Notes under the pieces: model-generated
Databases searched by the model: none
Told to the model about the DNA's origin: nothing
Seen by the model: the letters and a program-made list of their open reading frames with translations, nothing else
Position numbers and translations under genes: made by a program
Assembly (NCBI RefSeq): GCF_004010195.1
Contig: NC_057720.1
Span: forward strand, 30,889,350-30,931,913
Origin: Chiloscyllium plagiosum
Taxonomy: Eukaryota
Direction: 5' to 3'
DNA length: 42,564 nt
Part shown: in pieces, positions 11,716 through 22,639 of the stretch
Numbering within the stretch: the first letter of the stretch is position 1
Layout of the letters: each line of letters opens with the position of its first letter

Positions 11716-12255
11716 AAGAAATTGTGCTTCAATTTAAGGGGATAGAGCACCTTTAGGTCTTCATATGACTGATACGGTGCAGTTCATTGGCCAGAAAAAG
11801 AATTGTTAAAAGACAAAGCCAAAAAGAATGCAGCGCTGCCTTTAAACTTCCCGCTGTGGCACTGGGGAGAGAATTGTCCTGCTCTAAGCCCCTTTACTGT
11901 GGAAGGTGGAGCGATTGTGAATGCTGCAAGCTCCCAACTCAAAAACCTAAAGGGAGAATAATTAAGTAATAGCCAGCAAACAAGAGACACCGAAAGAATC
12001 TTTGAGGAATGCAGATATTATATTCAATGCCTAAAAACAAATTTGAAGTTGGACGCCATAGGAGAGGTAGCCACTCTTTTCAAGACTGTATGGTAACTGA
12101 AGCCCAAACTTCACCAGCCATCAACTATTTGATTTCATATTTCAGGAGGCATTCAACAGATGTTAATAGGGCAGTTGACTGCTATGCTCCAATACAAGGG
12201 AAGGGAAATTAGAGACATGTCCTACAACATTCATAATCAAGATTGTTTGCTACGG

Positions 12256-12612
12256 TTGTGGCATGGTGGCTCAGTGATTAGCACTGCTGCCTCACAGTGC
12301 GAGGGACCCAGGTTTGATTCCATCCTTGGTTGACTGTCTGTCTGGAGTTTGCATGTTCTCCCTATGTCCTTGTGGGTTTCTGCTGGGTGCTCCAGTTTCC
12401 TCCCTCAGTCCAAAGATGTTCAGGTTAGGTTCATTGGCCATGCTTAATTGCCCCATAGTGCCCAGGGATGTGCAAGCTAGCTGGATTAGCCATGGTAAAT
12501 GCAGGGTTATGGGGATATAGTGGGGACTAGATCTGGGCAGGATGCTCTTCAGAGGGTTGGTGCGGACTCGATGGACCAAATGGCCTCTTTCCACACTGTA
12601 GGGATTCTATGA
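12256..12612 (+). mobile_element. HE1-type V-SINE, older copy
   Basis: TGGCTCAGTGA A-box-like, GGTTTGATTCC B-box-like, V-domain, and tail ending gggattctatgat. Confidence 0.9.
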
Positions 12613-13998
12613 TTTGACAAGGTCCATGTGCTAGGCTGGTCCAGAAGGTCAAATCACAAGGAATCCATGGTGATTTGGCAAGTTAGATGCAAAGTTGGCT
12701 TTTCCATAGAAGACAGAGGGTAGTTCTGGAGGGGTGTTTTTCTGACTGGAAATCTGTGACCAGTAGTGTTCTGTGAGAGTTAGTGCTGGGAGCCCTGAAA
12801 TGATTTGGTTGAAAATGTGGGTGGTCTGAATGGAAAGTTTGCAAATGACACGAAAATCGATGGAGTTGTGGATAGTGAGGAAGGATATCAAAGGATGCAA
12901 TGGGATATAGACCAGCTGGAAAGGTGGAAGGAGAAATGCCAAATGGAGTTTAATCTGGATAAGCATGAGATGATGCGTTTTTGGGAGGTCAAATACAAGA
13001 GGAGAGTATGCAATAAATGGCAGAACCCTTGAGAGCGTCAACATACAGAGGGATCTTGGGGTCCAAGTTCCTAGTAAAAGGGAATATACAATAAACAGGA
13101 ATGTATTGCGAGGGGTAGATGAAGTGAGAGATCTTGGAGTGCATATGCATAGGTCCCTAAAGGTAGCAGCACAGGTAGGTAAAGTTGTAAAGAAGGTAAA
13201 TGGAATGCTGTCCTTCATCATTGGAAATATAGAATACAAAAGTAGGGATATAATAACGAAACTGTATAAAACACTGGTGAGGCCACATCTGGAGTATTGT
13301 GTGCAGTTCTGGTCACCACGTCACAGGAAGGATGTAATTGCTCTGGAGAGTACAGAGAAGTTATACTCCAATATTACACTCTGGAGAGTTGTAGCTATGA
13401 GGAGAGATTGGAGAGGTTGGGGTTGTTTTCCTTGGAACAGAGACAGCTGAGAAGTGACATAATTGAGATATACAATTTAGCTAGAATAGACAGTGGAAAA
13501 CCTGTTTCTCTTGGCAGAGAGTTCAAAAACAAGGGGTCAGAGATTCAAGCTGAATGACAGAAGGATTAGAGGGAACATAAGGAAAATCAATTTTTACACA
13601 GAGGGTGGTTGGCTATCTGGAATTCATTGCCTGAGTTGGTGTTGGAGGCAGAGACTCTAAAGTCGTTTAGAAAGTACCTGGATCTGCACCTTAAATGCTG
13701 TCAGCTGCAGGGCTAGGGGTCATGAGTAGGAAGGTGGTTTAGACAGGCCAGCTGGGTGTCTTTGGTAAGGCATGGACAAGATGGCCAAACGGCCTCTTTC
13801 TATTCTATATCATTTCTATGGTTCTACTAGGAGGCATGGGTTTAAGGTGAAAGGAGGAAAGCTTTTTTACACAGAAGGTGGTAGGTACCTGGAACCTGCT
13901 GCCTGGGAAGGAGTTAGAAGCAGATACGATAGCAAAATTCAAGAGGCATTTACAGATACATGAACAGACAGAGAATAGAGGAATATGGAGCACATGCA
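12613..13998 (+). mobile_element. Two nested decayed CR1 fragments. Outer element at 12613-13074 and 13831-13998, resuming at 18312-18405; inner element at about 13075-13826.
   Basis: Outer: FDKV...KFANDTKIDGVVDSEEG...QMEFNLDK. Inner: RDLGVHMHRSLKV...LVRPHLEYCVQFWSP, with its own 3' tail ttctatggttcta at about 13815-13826. Confidence 0.75.
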
Positions 13999-14008
13999 TT
14001 CGTGCTCT

Positions 14009-14190
14009 TTTTCCTGTCCGGGAGCAGCAGGAGACAGAGCGGAGGTGACATTGGGACCAGGAGGTTGCTGGGAAGGTAATTGAACAGTATAGATACTTAC
14101 CTTCGAAGCCCATGGCCTTTTTCCTGTCCGGGAGCAGCGAGAGACAGAGCAGAGGTGACTTTGGGACCAGGAGGTTGCTCGGAAGGTAAG
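14009..14190 (+). repeat. Duplicated ~72-bp unit in the CR1 5'UTR
   Basis: TTTTCCTGTCCGGGAGCAGC..GACAGAGC.GAGGTGAC.TTGGGACCAGGAGGTTGCT.GGAAGGTAA at about 14009-14080 and 14119-14189. Confidence 0.9.
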
Positions 14191-16776
14191 GACCTAGTAT
14201 ATATTTGGGCAGTGACTAAACCCGAGATACTACACGTAGAGTATCTCCCTCGTACCTTCTCCTCTAACCAGAAGAAAAGGACTCTTTTACATATTTAAGT
14301 GCATTGTTGGTATTAGTTGAGTTAATGCTAAGGCTTACAATGGCAGAGGACCTCAGACCTGTGGCATGTGCCTCTTACTTGATGTGGGAGCTCAGGGACG
14401 TGGCCGAAGTCCCTGACTCTTACACTTACAAGAAGTGTGTCCAGCTGCAGCTCTTGCTTGACCGTTTGATGGCTCTGGAGCTGCGGATGGACTCACTGTG
14501 GAGCATCCGCAATGCTGAGGAGGTTGTGAATAGCATGTTTAGTGAACTGGTCACACAGCAGGTTAGAATTGCTGAGGGAGAAGTGAATGGGTGACCAAAA
14601 GGCAGAGAAAGAGCAGGAAGGTAGTGCAGGTGTCCCCTGTCGTCATCTCTCTCCAAAACAGATATACCGTTTTGAATACTTTTGGGGGAGATGGTTCACC
14701 AGGGGAGGACAGCAGTTGCCAGGATCATGGCATCGTAGCGGGCTCTGCTGTTCAGAAGGGCGGGAAAAAGACTCATAGGGCCATAGTCATTGGGGATTTT
14801 ATTGTAAGGGGAGTAAATAGGTGGTTCCGTGGCTGAAAACGAGACTCTCGGATGGTATGTTTCCTCCCAGGTGCTTGGGTCAGGGATGTCACCGGTCGGC
14901 TGCAGAGCATTCTGAAAAGGGAGGATGAACAGCCAGTTGTCATGGTGTACATTGGCATCAATGATATAAGTAAAAAATGAGATGTGATCCTGAAAGCAGA
15001 ACTGAGGAAGCTAGGAGAGAAGTTAAAGATGAGGACCTCAAAGGTAGTGATCTCAGGATTGCTCTCAGTGCCATATGCTAGCCAGCGTAGAAATGAAAGA
15101 ATAGACAGGATGAACATGTGGCTTGAGGGATGGTGTAGAAGGGAGGGGTTCAGATTTGTGGGACATTGAGACCAGTTCTGGGGAAGGTGGGACTATTACA
15201 AATTGGATGATCTACACCTGAACCAGACTGGAACTAATGTCCTTGGGGGAGTTTTCACTACTGCTGTTGGGGAGGGTTTAAGCTAATGTGGCAGGGGGCT
15301 GGGAACCAGAAGAAAAGACTAGTAGACAGTGAGGTGGAAACTAAAGACTGTAAGGAACAAGATCATGAAGTTAGCATTACCAAGGGGAAGAGTAGGCAGC
15401 GAGCAGATGAATGCAAAAGAATTGGTGCTCCGAAGTGCATATGCTTTAATGCAGGGAGTATAATGGGTAAGGCAGACGAACTTACGGCTTGGATTGGTGC
15501 CTGGGAGTATGACGTTATTGCGATCACAGAGACTTGGTTGAAGGAAGGGCATAATTGGCAACTAAATGTTTCAGGATATAGATGCTTCAGACAGGACAGC
15601 GAGGGAGTAAAATTATGGGAGGAGTTGCATTGCTGGTCAGGGATGATATCACGGCTGTGCTAAAGGAAGACACTATGGAGGGCTTGAGTAGTGAGGCACA
15701 GTGAGTAGAGCTGAGAAATAAGAAGGGTACAGTTACATTGTTGGGGCTGAACTATAGGCCTCCCAACAGTGAGCGTGAGGTGGAAGAACAAATAGGTAAA
15801 CACATTATGGAAAGATGTATAGGCAACATTGACTGGGGTACACTGAGTGTCAGAGGTCTGGGTGGGGCAGAATTTGTAAGGAGCATCCAGGAAAGTTTTC
15901 TAAAGCAGTATGTCAATAGTCCAATGAGGGAAGGGGCCATATTGGACCTGGTGTTGGGAAATGAGCCAGGTCAGGTTGTAGAAATTGTAGTGGGGGATTT
16001 CTTTGGGAACAGCGACCACAATTCTGAATTTTAGAATACTCGGGTACAAAGATAAGAGTGGTCCTAAGGGAAGAGTACTAAACTGGGCCAAGGCCAATTA
16101 TATCAAAATTCATCAGGAGCTGGGAAATGCGGATTGAAGGCAGCTATTTGAAGGGAAGTCCACATTTGATAAGTGGGAGGCTTTCAAAGATTGGTTAAAG
16201 ATAGTGCAGGATAGGCATATCCCTTTGAAAACAAGGGATAGGAAAGGCAAGATTTGTGAACTGTGGACAACAGGAGAAATTGTGCAACTAACCAAGAGGA
16301 AAACGGAAGTGTACATAAGGTCCAGGCTGCTAAAAACAGAACCGGCCCTGGAGGAATATTGGGAGAGTAGAACCAGTCTTAAGTGAGGAATCAAACAGGC
16401 TAAAAGGGGTCGTGAAATAACTTTAGCAAGCAGAATTAAGGAGAATCCAAGGCCTTTTATTCATATATAAGAGGTAAGAGGATAACTAGGGAAAGGGTTG
16501 GTCCACTAAAGGATAAGGAAGGAAAGTTGTGTGTCGAACCTGAGAAAATATGTGAGATTTGCATCAGTGTTCATGGAGGAGAGGAACATGATGAATGTTG
16601 AGATTAGAGATAGAAGTTTGATAACTCTGGATCATATTGACATAAGGAGGGAGGATGTGTTGGGTGGGCTAAAGGATATTAAGATGGCCAAATCCCCAGG
16701 ACCTGATGGGATTTATCCCAAGTTGCTGATGGAGGCGAAAGAGTAAATAGCTGAGGCCCTGACAAGTATCTTTATA

Positions 16777-16864
16777 GTTTAGATTAGAGTGGTGCTGGAA
16801 AAGCACAGCAGATCAGGCAGCATCCGAGGAGCAGGAAAATTGACATTTCAGGCAAAAGCCCTTA
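16777..16864. mobile_element. Short Penelope-end insert inside CR1 ORF2
   Basis: AGATTAGAGTGGTGCTGGAAAAGCACAGC...GGCAAAAGCCCTT interrupts the CR1 reading AEALTSIFI|ASLNTGEVPEDWR. Confidence 0.8.
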
Positions 16865-18673
16865 GCATCCTTAAACACAGGTGAGGTGCCGGAGGATTGG
16901 AGGGTTGCTCATGTTGTCCCCCTTTTCAAGAAGGTATTAGGGATATTCCAGGTAACTACAGACCAGTGAGCCTGACGTCAGTGGTGGGAAAGTTGCTGGA
17001 GAAAGTACGGAGGGATTGGATCTATTTATATTTGGAAGGGAATGGACTTATCAGTGATAGGCAACATGGTTTTGTACGGGAACATCGTGTCTTACAACTT
17101 AATAGAGTTCTTTGAGGAAGTGACCAAGTTGATAAATGAAGGAAAGGCTGTAGATGTCATGTACATGGACTTTAGTAAGGCGTTTGATAAGGTTCCCCAT
17201 GGTAAACTAATGGAGAAAGTGAAGTCACATTGTGTGCGGAGTGTTCTAGCTAGGTGGATAAAGAACTGGTTGAGCAACAGGAGACAGAGTAGTAGTTGAA
17301 GGGAGTTTCTTGAAAAGGAGAAAGGTGCCCAGTGGTGTTCTGCAGGGTCAGTATTGGGGCCACTGTTGTTTGTGATATACATACAATATCTGGAAGAGGG
17401 CATTGGTGGTCTGATCAGTAAGTTGCAGATGACACGAAGATTGGTGGAGTAGCTGTCAGAGAATACAGGAGGATATAGATAGACTGGAGAGTTGGACGGA
17501 GAACTAGCAGATGGAGTACAATCCATGCAAATGTGAGGTGATGCATTTTAGAAGCTCTACTTCTGGAGTGAACTATACTGTAAAAGGAAGAACCTTGGAA
17601 AAAGTTGATGAGCAGAAAGATCTGGGAGTTCAGGTCCATTGTACCCTGAAGGTTGCTGTACAGGTGAATAGAGTAGTCAAGAAGTCATATGGTATGCTTG
17701 CCTTCATCAGACAGGGTATTGAGTATAAGAGCTGGCAAGTCATGTTAAAAATTTACAAGACTTTGGTTCGGCCGCATTTAGAATACTGTGTACAGTTCTG
17801 GTCACCACATTACCAAAAGGATGTGGACGCTTTGGAGAGGGTGCAGAGAAGGTTTATGAGGATGTTGCCTGGTATTGAAGATGCTAGCTGTGAAGAGAGT
17901 TTGAGTAGGTTAGGATTGTTTTCATTAGAAAAAAGGAGATTGAGGGGAGGACCTGATTGAGGTTTACAAAATCATGAAGGGTATAGACGGGGTGGATAGA
18001 GATAAGCTATTTTCCCAGGGTGAGAGATTCAATAACAAGAGGTCACGCTTTCAAGAGGAGAAAAGTTTAAGGGGGATACAGAGGGTGGTAGGTTCCTGGA
18101 ATGCGTTGCCAGCAGAGGTGGTAGAGCCAGGCATGGTAGATTTATTTAAGGTGCATCTGAACAGATGCGTTAATAGGTGGGGAGCAGAGGGATACAGATT
18201 CTTAGGAATTGGGCGATAGGTTTAGACAGTTGATTTGAATCGGCACAGGCTTGGAGGCCGAAGGGCTGTTCCTGGGCTATAAATTTTCTTTGTTCTTTGT
18301 TCTTCTTTGCAGGCAGATGGGACTAGTTCAGAATGGCATTATGTTTAACGCAGATATGATGGGCTGGAGGGCCTGTACCTGGGCTGTACTCTTCTATGAT
18401 CTCTAACCATTTTATACATTGGAATTGATAAGTTTCAAATATATAAACAATTAAGTTGATAAGGGCATTGAAGAAAAATGTTCCTGAAGGGGAAGCAGAA
18501 AATGTGGGATAGTTGCACAGCAAAGAGTTGTATAAATAACATGAGCAAGTACTAAGCAGGGCCAAATGGGCTGTGAATGCTCTTTTCTCAGTCCTTCTTT
18601 AGTTGTCAATTGGTCTCATTAGATCCTTGATTTCACAATTTGAATTTGGTATAATTGTCTTTTGAGATTGCAA

Positions 18674-18700
18674 TACTAACATGTATCTGTTTTCAACCAG
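18674..18700 (+). promoter_or_regulatory. Branch point and 3' splice site of kiss1r intron 4
   Basis: Perfect TACTAAC at 18674-18680, then a short pyrimidine-rich tract and CAG immediately before exon 5. Confidence 0.8.
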
Positions 18701-19036
18701 GTTCAACATTTGTCTGAAAGAACAATAGCAATGAGAAGCAAGATTTCTAAAATGGTGGTGGTAATTGTGCTCCTGTTTACAATCTGTTGGGGACCCATCC
18801 AGCTCTTCATCCTGTTCCAGGCATTTTACCCAAATTTCCAGGCCAACTACGTGACCTACAAGATCAAGACTTGGGCTAACTGCATGTCATATGCCAACTC
18901 CTGCATCAATCCCATTGTTTATGGTTTTATGGGAGCAAGCTTTAGGAAGTCCTTTAAGAAAGCCTTCCCATTCATGTTTAGCCGGAAAGTAAGGGACACC
19001 AACATGACTTCTGGAAGTGGCAATGCAGAAGTGTAG
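18701..19036 (+). CDS. kiss1r: Kisspeptin receptor terminal coding exon 5 (TM6, ECL3, TM7, helix 8, C-tail)
   Basis: Acceptor tgttttcaaccAG at 18699-18700, phase 0, in frame with exon 4. It translates VQHLSERTIAMRSKISKMVVVIVLLFTICWGPIQLF...KTWANCMSYANSCINPIVYGFMGASFRKSFKKAFPF...NAEV*. It contains the class A GPCR CWxP and NPxxY motifs. TAG at 19034-19036. Confidence 0.95.
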   Translation, partial: VQHLSERTIAMRSKISKMVVVIVLLFTICWGPIQLFILFQAFYPNFQANYVTYKIKTWANCMSYANSCINPIVYGFMGASFRKSFKKAFPFMFSRKVRDTNMTSGSGNAEV

Positions 19037-19499
19037 TTTGTCGTTGCATAATCTTAATTGTTATAGATTGTCATGAATGAACATGGTTAAAGATATGAAA
19101 GCAAAGACAATCAATTTGTTTGGCCCACAAAATTCCTGGAAAATATACCCTCAGTAAGCATTAAGAAAAATATTATGAAGCTTGAACTACCATTAGGTTT
19201 TGTACTTAGAGTTAATGTTTGTGTAAAGTGTGAGAATAGTGTTAATGTTTGTGTTTATGGTTAACAACACTTAACACGGTGTTAATGTTTAACAAGTCCA
19301 TTCTCCAAGAAGTGACTCAGCAGACCAAGAATGGTTTTCTTATTGGTAGTTTCCATCTGCATTTTAAAGAATTCTAAATCCAAGGACAATATTTCTTGAA
19401 AAACACATTACAAATTGCTCAGTTATACTTTAAGTCTTTTTGATGTTAAAACACTTTTGTGTGAAGATTTTTTCAGTGGGATTTTAGGAACTGGAATGT

Positions 19500-20500
19500 T
19501 TTTCCAGTGATGTTCTGAAGGACTCAGAGCTACTCCCTATATAGTTTGTAGTATATAGCTAATGATTTGGTCTTAAATGAAGGAGGATGATTAAGAAGTT
19601 TCCATCTAACTTAAAAATTACCTGTAAGGTTGATTATGAAAACAAAGTCACCAGACTGAAGGGAGATTTCAGTGGTCTAGTCAGATTGGCCAGAAAGGCT
19701 TCAAATGCAATTTAGTTCAGAGAAGTGTGGGGAAATGAAAGGAAAGGACATATATAGGACGGTAAGATACTGAGAAATGTAGTGTATTTCGACTGATCTA
19801 TGAAGATAGCAGGAAGAGAAGATGGTTAAGAAGGTAGGAGATAAAGCATAACAGTGGGGAATGTATGCATAATTATGCAAAACATTAGCTGGAGTCAGAG
19901 TGTATCGCTTGTAGTTCTAGTCACCACATTGTAAGAAGGATGTAATTACACTAATGGAAATGTGTTGCTGGAAAAGCGCAGCAGGTCAGGCAGCATCTAG
20001 GGAACAGGAGAATCGACGTTTCGGGCATTAGCACTTCTTCAGGGCATCAGCCCTTTTCCAGCAACACATTTCCATCTCTGATCTCCAGCATCTGCAGACC
20101 TCACTTTCTCCTGTAATTACACTAAGGATGATAGAGAAGAGATTTACAAAGAAAGCCAGAATTGGAGAACTACAGCTTTAAGGAAAGAGTGGATAGGTTA
20201 GAATTATCTTTGGAATAGAGGAAGGTAAGAAGTTGTGCAATTTGTGAACACGCTGGTTTGGGTAAATAGTAAGAAATCAATATTCAGTTACAAAGGTCTA
20301 ATGTAACTGGTAGAAGGATTAGGGGGATTTTGTTCTCCTTTACCAGTCATTAAAAATACTTGGATGTGCATTTGATGTAATGTAACGTACAGATCTACAG
20401 ATCAAGATCTGTGAGTGAAATTAGATTAAACAGCTCTCTATCAGCAGGTATCGACATGATGGGTCAAAGGACCACCTACTGCACCATAGATTTTCTGCTT
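19500..20500 (+). mobile_element. Old, highly decayed CR1 fragment just downstream of the kiss1r stop
   Basis: Residual nucleotide similarity to CR1 RT and 3' blocks, e.g. gtagttctagtcaccacattgtaagaaggatgtaattacacta (QFWSPHYRKDVIAL-like). Confidence 0.6.
19955..20111 (-). mobile_element. 157-bp fold-back Penelope-end insert with hammerhead motif and 14-bp TSD
   Basis: TSD TGTAATTACACTAA at 19941-19954 and 20112-20125. Perfect 23-bp inverted arms at 19954-19976 and 20053-20075. Minus strand CTGAAGA-agtgc-taat-gccc-GAAA-CGTC at about 20015-20042. Confidence 0.85.
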
Positions 20501-20609
20501 CAGTGACATTTATATTTCATGATTTGGAGATGCCGGTGTTGGACTGGGGTGTACAAAGTTAAAAATCACACAACACCAGGTTATAGTCCAACAGGTTTAA
20601 TTGGAAGCA

Positions 20610-20644
20610 CACTAGCTTTCGGAGCGACGCTCCTTCATCAGGTG
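20610..20644 (-). ncRNA. Minimal type I hammerhead-ribozyme motif
   Basis: Minus strand cac-CTGATGA-a-ggagc-gtc-gctcc-GAAA-GCTA-gtg. It lies on the same strand as the Penelope ORF. Confidence 0.7.
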
Positions 20645-20654
20645 ATTGTGGAGG

Positions 20655-21081
20655 NNNNNNNNNNNNNNNNNNNNNNNNNNNNNNNNNNNNNNNNNNNNNN
20701 NNNNNNNNNNNNNNNNNNNNNNNNNNNNNNNNNNNNNNNNNNNNNNNNNNNNNNNNNNNNNNNNNNNNNNNNNNNNNNNNNNNNNNNNNNNNNNNNNNNN
20801 NNNNNNNNNNNNNNNNNNNNNNNNNNNNNNNNNNNNNNNNNNNNNNNNNNNNNNNNNNNNNNNNNNNNNNNNNNNNNNNNNNNNNNNNNNNNNNNNNNNN
20901 NNNNNNNNNNNNNNNNNNNNNNNNNNNNNNNNNNNNNNNNNNNNNNNNNNNNNNNNNNNNNNNNNNNNNNNNNNNNNNNNNNNNNNNNNNNNNNNNNNNN
21001 NNNNNNNNNNNNNNNNNNNNNNNNNNNNNNNNNNNNNNNNNNNNNNNNNNNNNNNNNNNNNNNNNNNNNNNNNNNNNNNNN
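20655..21081. other. Assembly gap (427 N)
   Basis: Run of N. Confidence 1.
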
Positions 21082-22639
21082 GGTTGAGGCCCTCCCTCTG
21101 GGTACCGAACTTAGCTATCAGCCTCTGCTCAGCCACTTTACTCTGCTGTCTGTCCCGACGTCCACCTTGGGGGATGGTCACCCGAAGGTCCGAGGCTGAA
21201 TGTCCTGGACCACTGAAGTGTTCCCCAACTGGGAGGGAACCCTCCTGTCTGTTGATTGTTGTGCGGTGCCCATTCATCCGTTGTCGTAGCCTTTGCTCGG
21301 TTTCCCCAATATACCATGACTCCGGGCATCCCTGCCTGCAACGTATAAGATAGACAATGTTGGCTGAGTCACATGAGTACCTGCCATGTACACGGTGGGA
21401 GGTGTTCCCACGCGTAATAGTGGTATCTATGTCCACAATCTGACACGTTTTGCAGTGTCCACCGTGACAGGGTTGTATGGAGTTGTCCTGATAGCTGGGC
21501 AGTTTGCTACGAACAATGATCTGTTTGAGGTTTGGCGGTTGTTTAAAGGCAAGTAGTGGAGGTGTGGGAAAGGTCTTGGTGAGGTGCTCATCCTCATTGA
21601 TACTGTGTTGCAGGTCACGAAGAACATGGCATAATTTTTCAGCCCCTGGGAAGTACTGAACAACGAAGGGTACCCTGTCAGTTGCAGCCCGTGTCTGTCT
21701 CCTGAGGAGGTCACTACGGTTCCTTGCTGTGGCACGTCGGAACTGGCGGTCGATGAGTTGAACATCGTACCCGTTCCTGTGAGGGCATCCTTGAGTACTT
21801 CCAGGTGTCCGTCACGTTCCTCCTCATCTGAGCAGATCCGGTGTATGCGTAGGGCTTGTATCCATAGGGAATGGCTGTTTTAATATCTTTTGAGTGGAAG
21901 CTGGAGAAGTGTAACATTGTGAGGTTGTCTGTGGGTTTGCGGTAGAGTGTGGTGCTGAGGTGTCCGTCCTTGATGGAGACGCACGTGTCCAAGAATGAGA
22001 CAGACAGTCGAGAGTAGTCCATGGTGAGTTTGAGGGTGGGATGAAACTTGTTGATGTTACTGTGTAGTTTTATCAGGGAACCCTTCATGGCACAACAGCC
22101 ACTAAGCCATGGCTTATAGCCAGCATGGCAGACACATGCATATAACCCTATACTTTTTACCTGCACACATAACCCTATAGTCTTACCCTAGTCACTGTTT
22201 AACCACCAGGCCACATAGCCAACCTGTCTTTAGCTACATCCCATCTAAATACAGTCTCTCAGTTACTTCGACTCTGTCCCCATTACCCATTGGGGATCTG
22301 CATCTTGTCATTGTCCAGTAAGGGAACATCACATACAGGGGACTAATCAAACATTTCGGAAGATGAGCTTTTGTTTCCAGCCAGCAAAAGTGAACACAAA
22401 AGAAATTAATAGCGGCTGCAGTTCATGTCCGCAAGGCAAATGAAATGTGAGCATTTTGACCAACAGCAGTTTTACATTTGGTGATGGTCTGCTGCATCCA
22501 GCTCTCATCTACAGGAGCCATGTGTCAGTGAGGTGCTGTCTGGCTGGTAGCAGCTGACACAGCTGAGCTCTGTCATATACAAAGAGAGCCTTGTCCTCCC
22601 CAGGGTCTTCTCCTTCCTCCTCTTCGGAAGACTGGTTCC

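Larger units (their letters stand above)
13999..18307 (+). mobile_element. Near-full-length decayed CR1 LINE (5'UTR, ORF1 zinc-finger/coiled-coil/SGNH esterase, ORF2 APE and RT), sense to kiss1r inside intron 4
   Basis: ORF1 from ATG 14340: MAEDLRPVACAS...KKCVQLQLLLDRL, then VIGDFIVRG and VYIGIND esterase blocks. ORF2 motifs YDVIAITETW, YRPPN, GNSDHN, NYRPVSLTSVVGKLLE, YMDFSKAFDKVPH, LVRPHLEY. Many stops and frameshifts. Tail ttgttctttgttc; TGCA at both junctions. Confidence 0.9.
20519..22080 (-). mobile_element. 5'-truncated Penelope-like retroelement (RT C-terminus, GIY-YIG endonuclease, 3' terminal module); frameshifted and spanning a gap
   Basis: KFHPTLKLTMDYS...SFLDTCV...LYRKPTD...LHFSSFH...AIPYG (PLE RT) and YSCDSANIVYLIRC..C...YIGETEQRLRQRMNGH...GEHF...EQRLIAKFGT...GLN (GIY-YIG with Cys/His motif). 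Confidence 0.92.
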
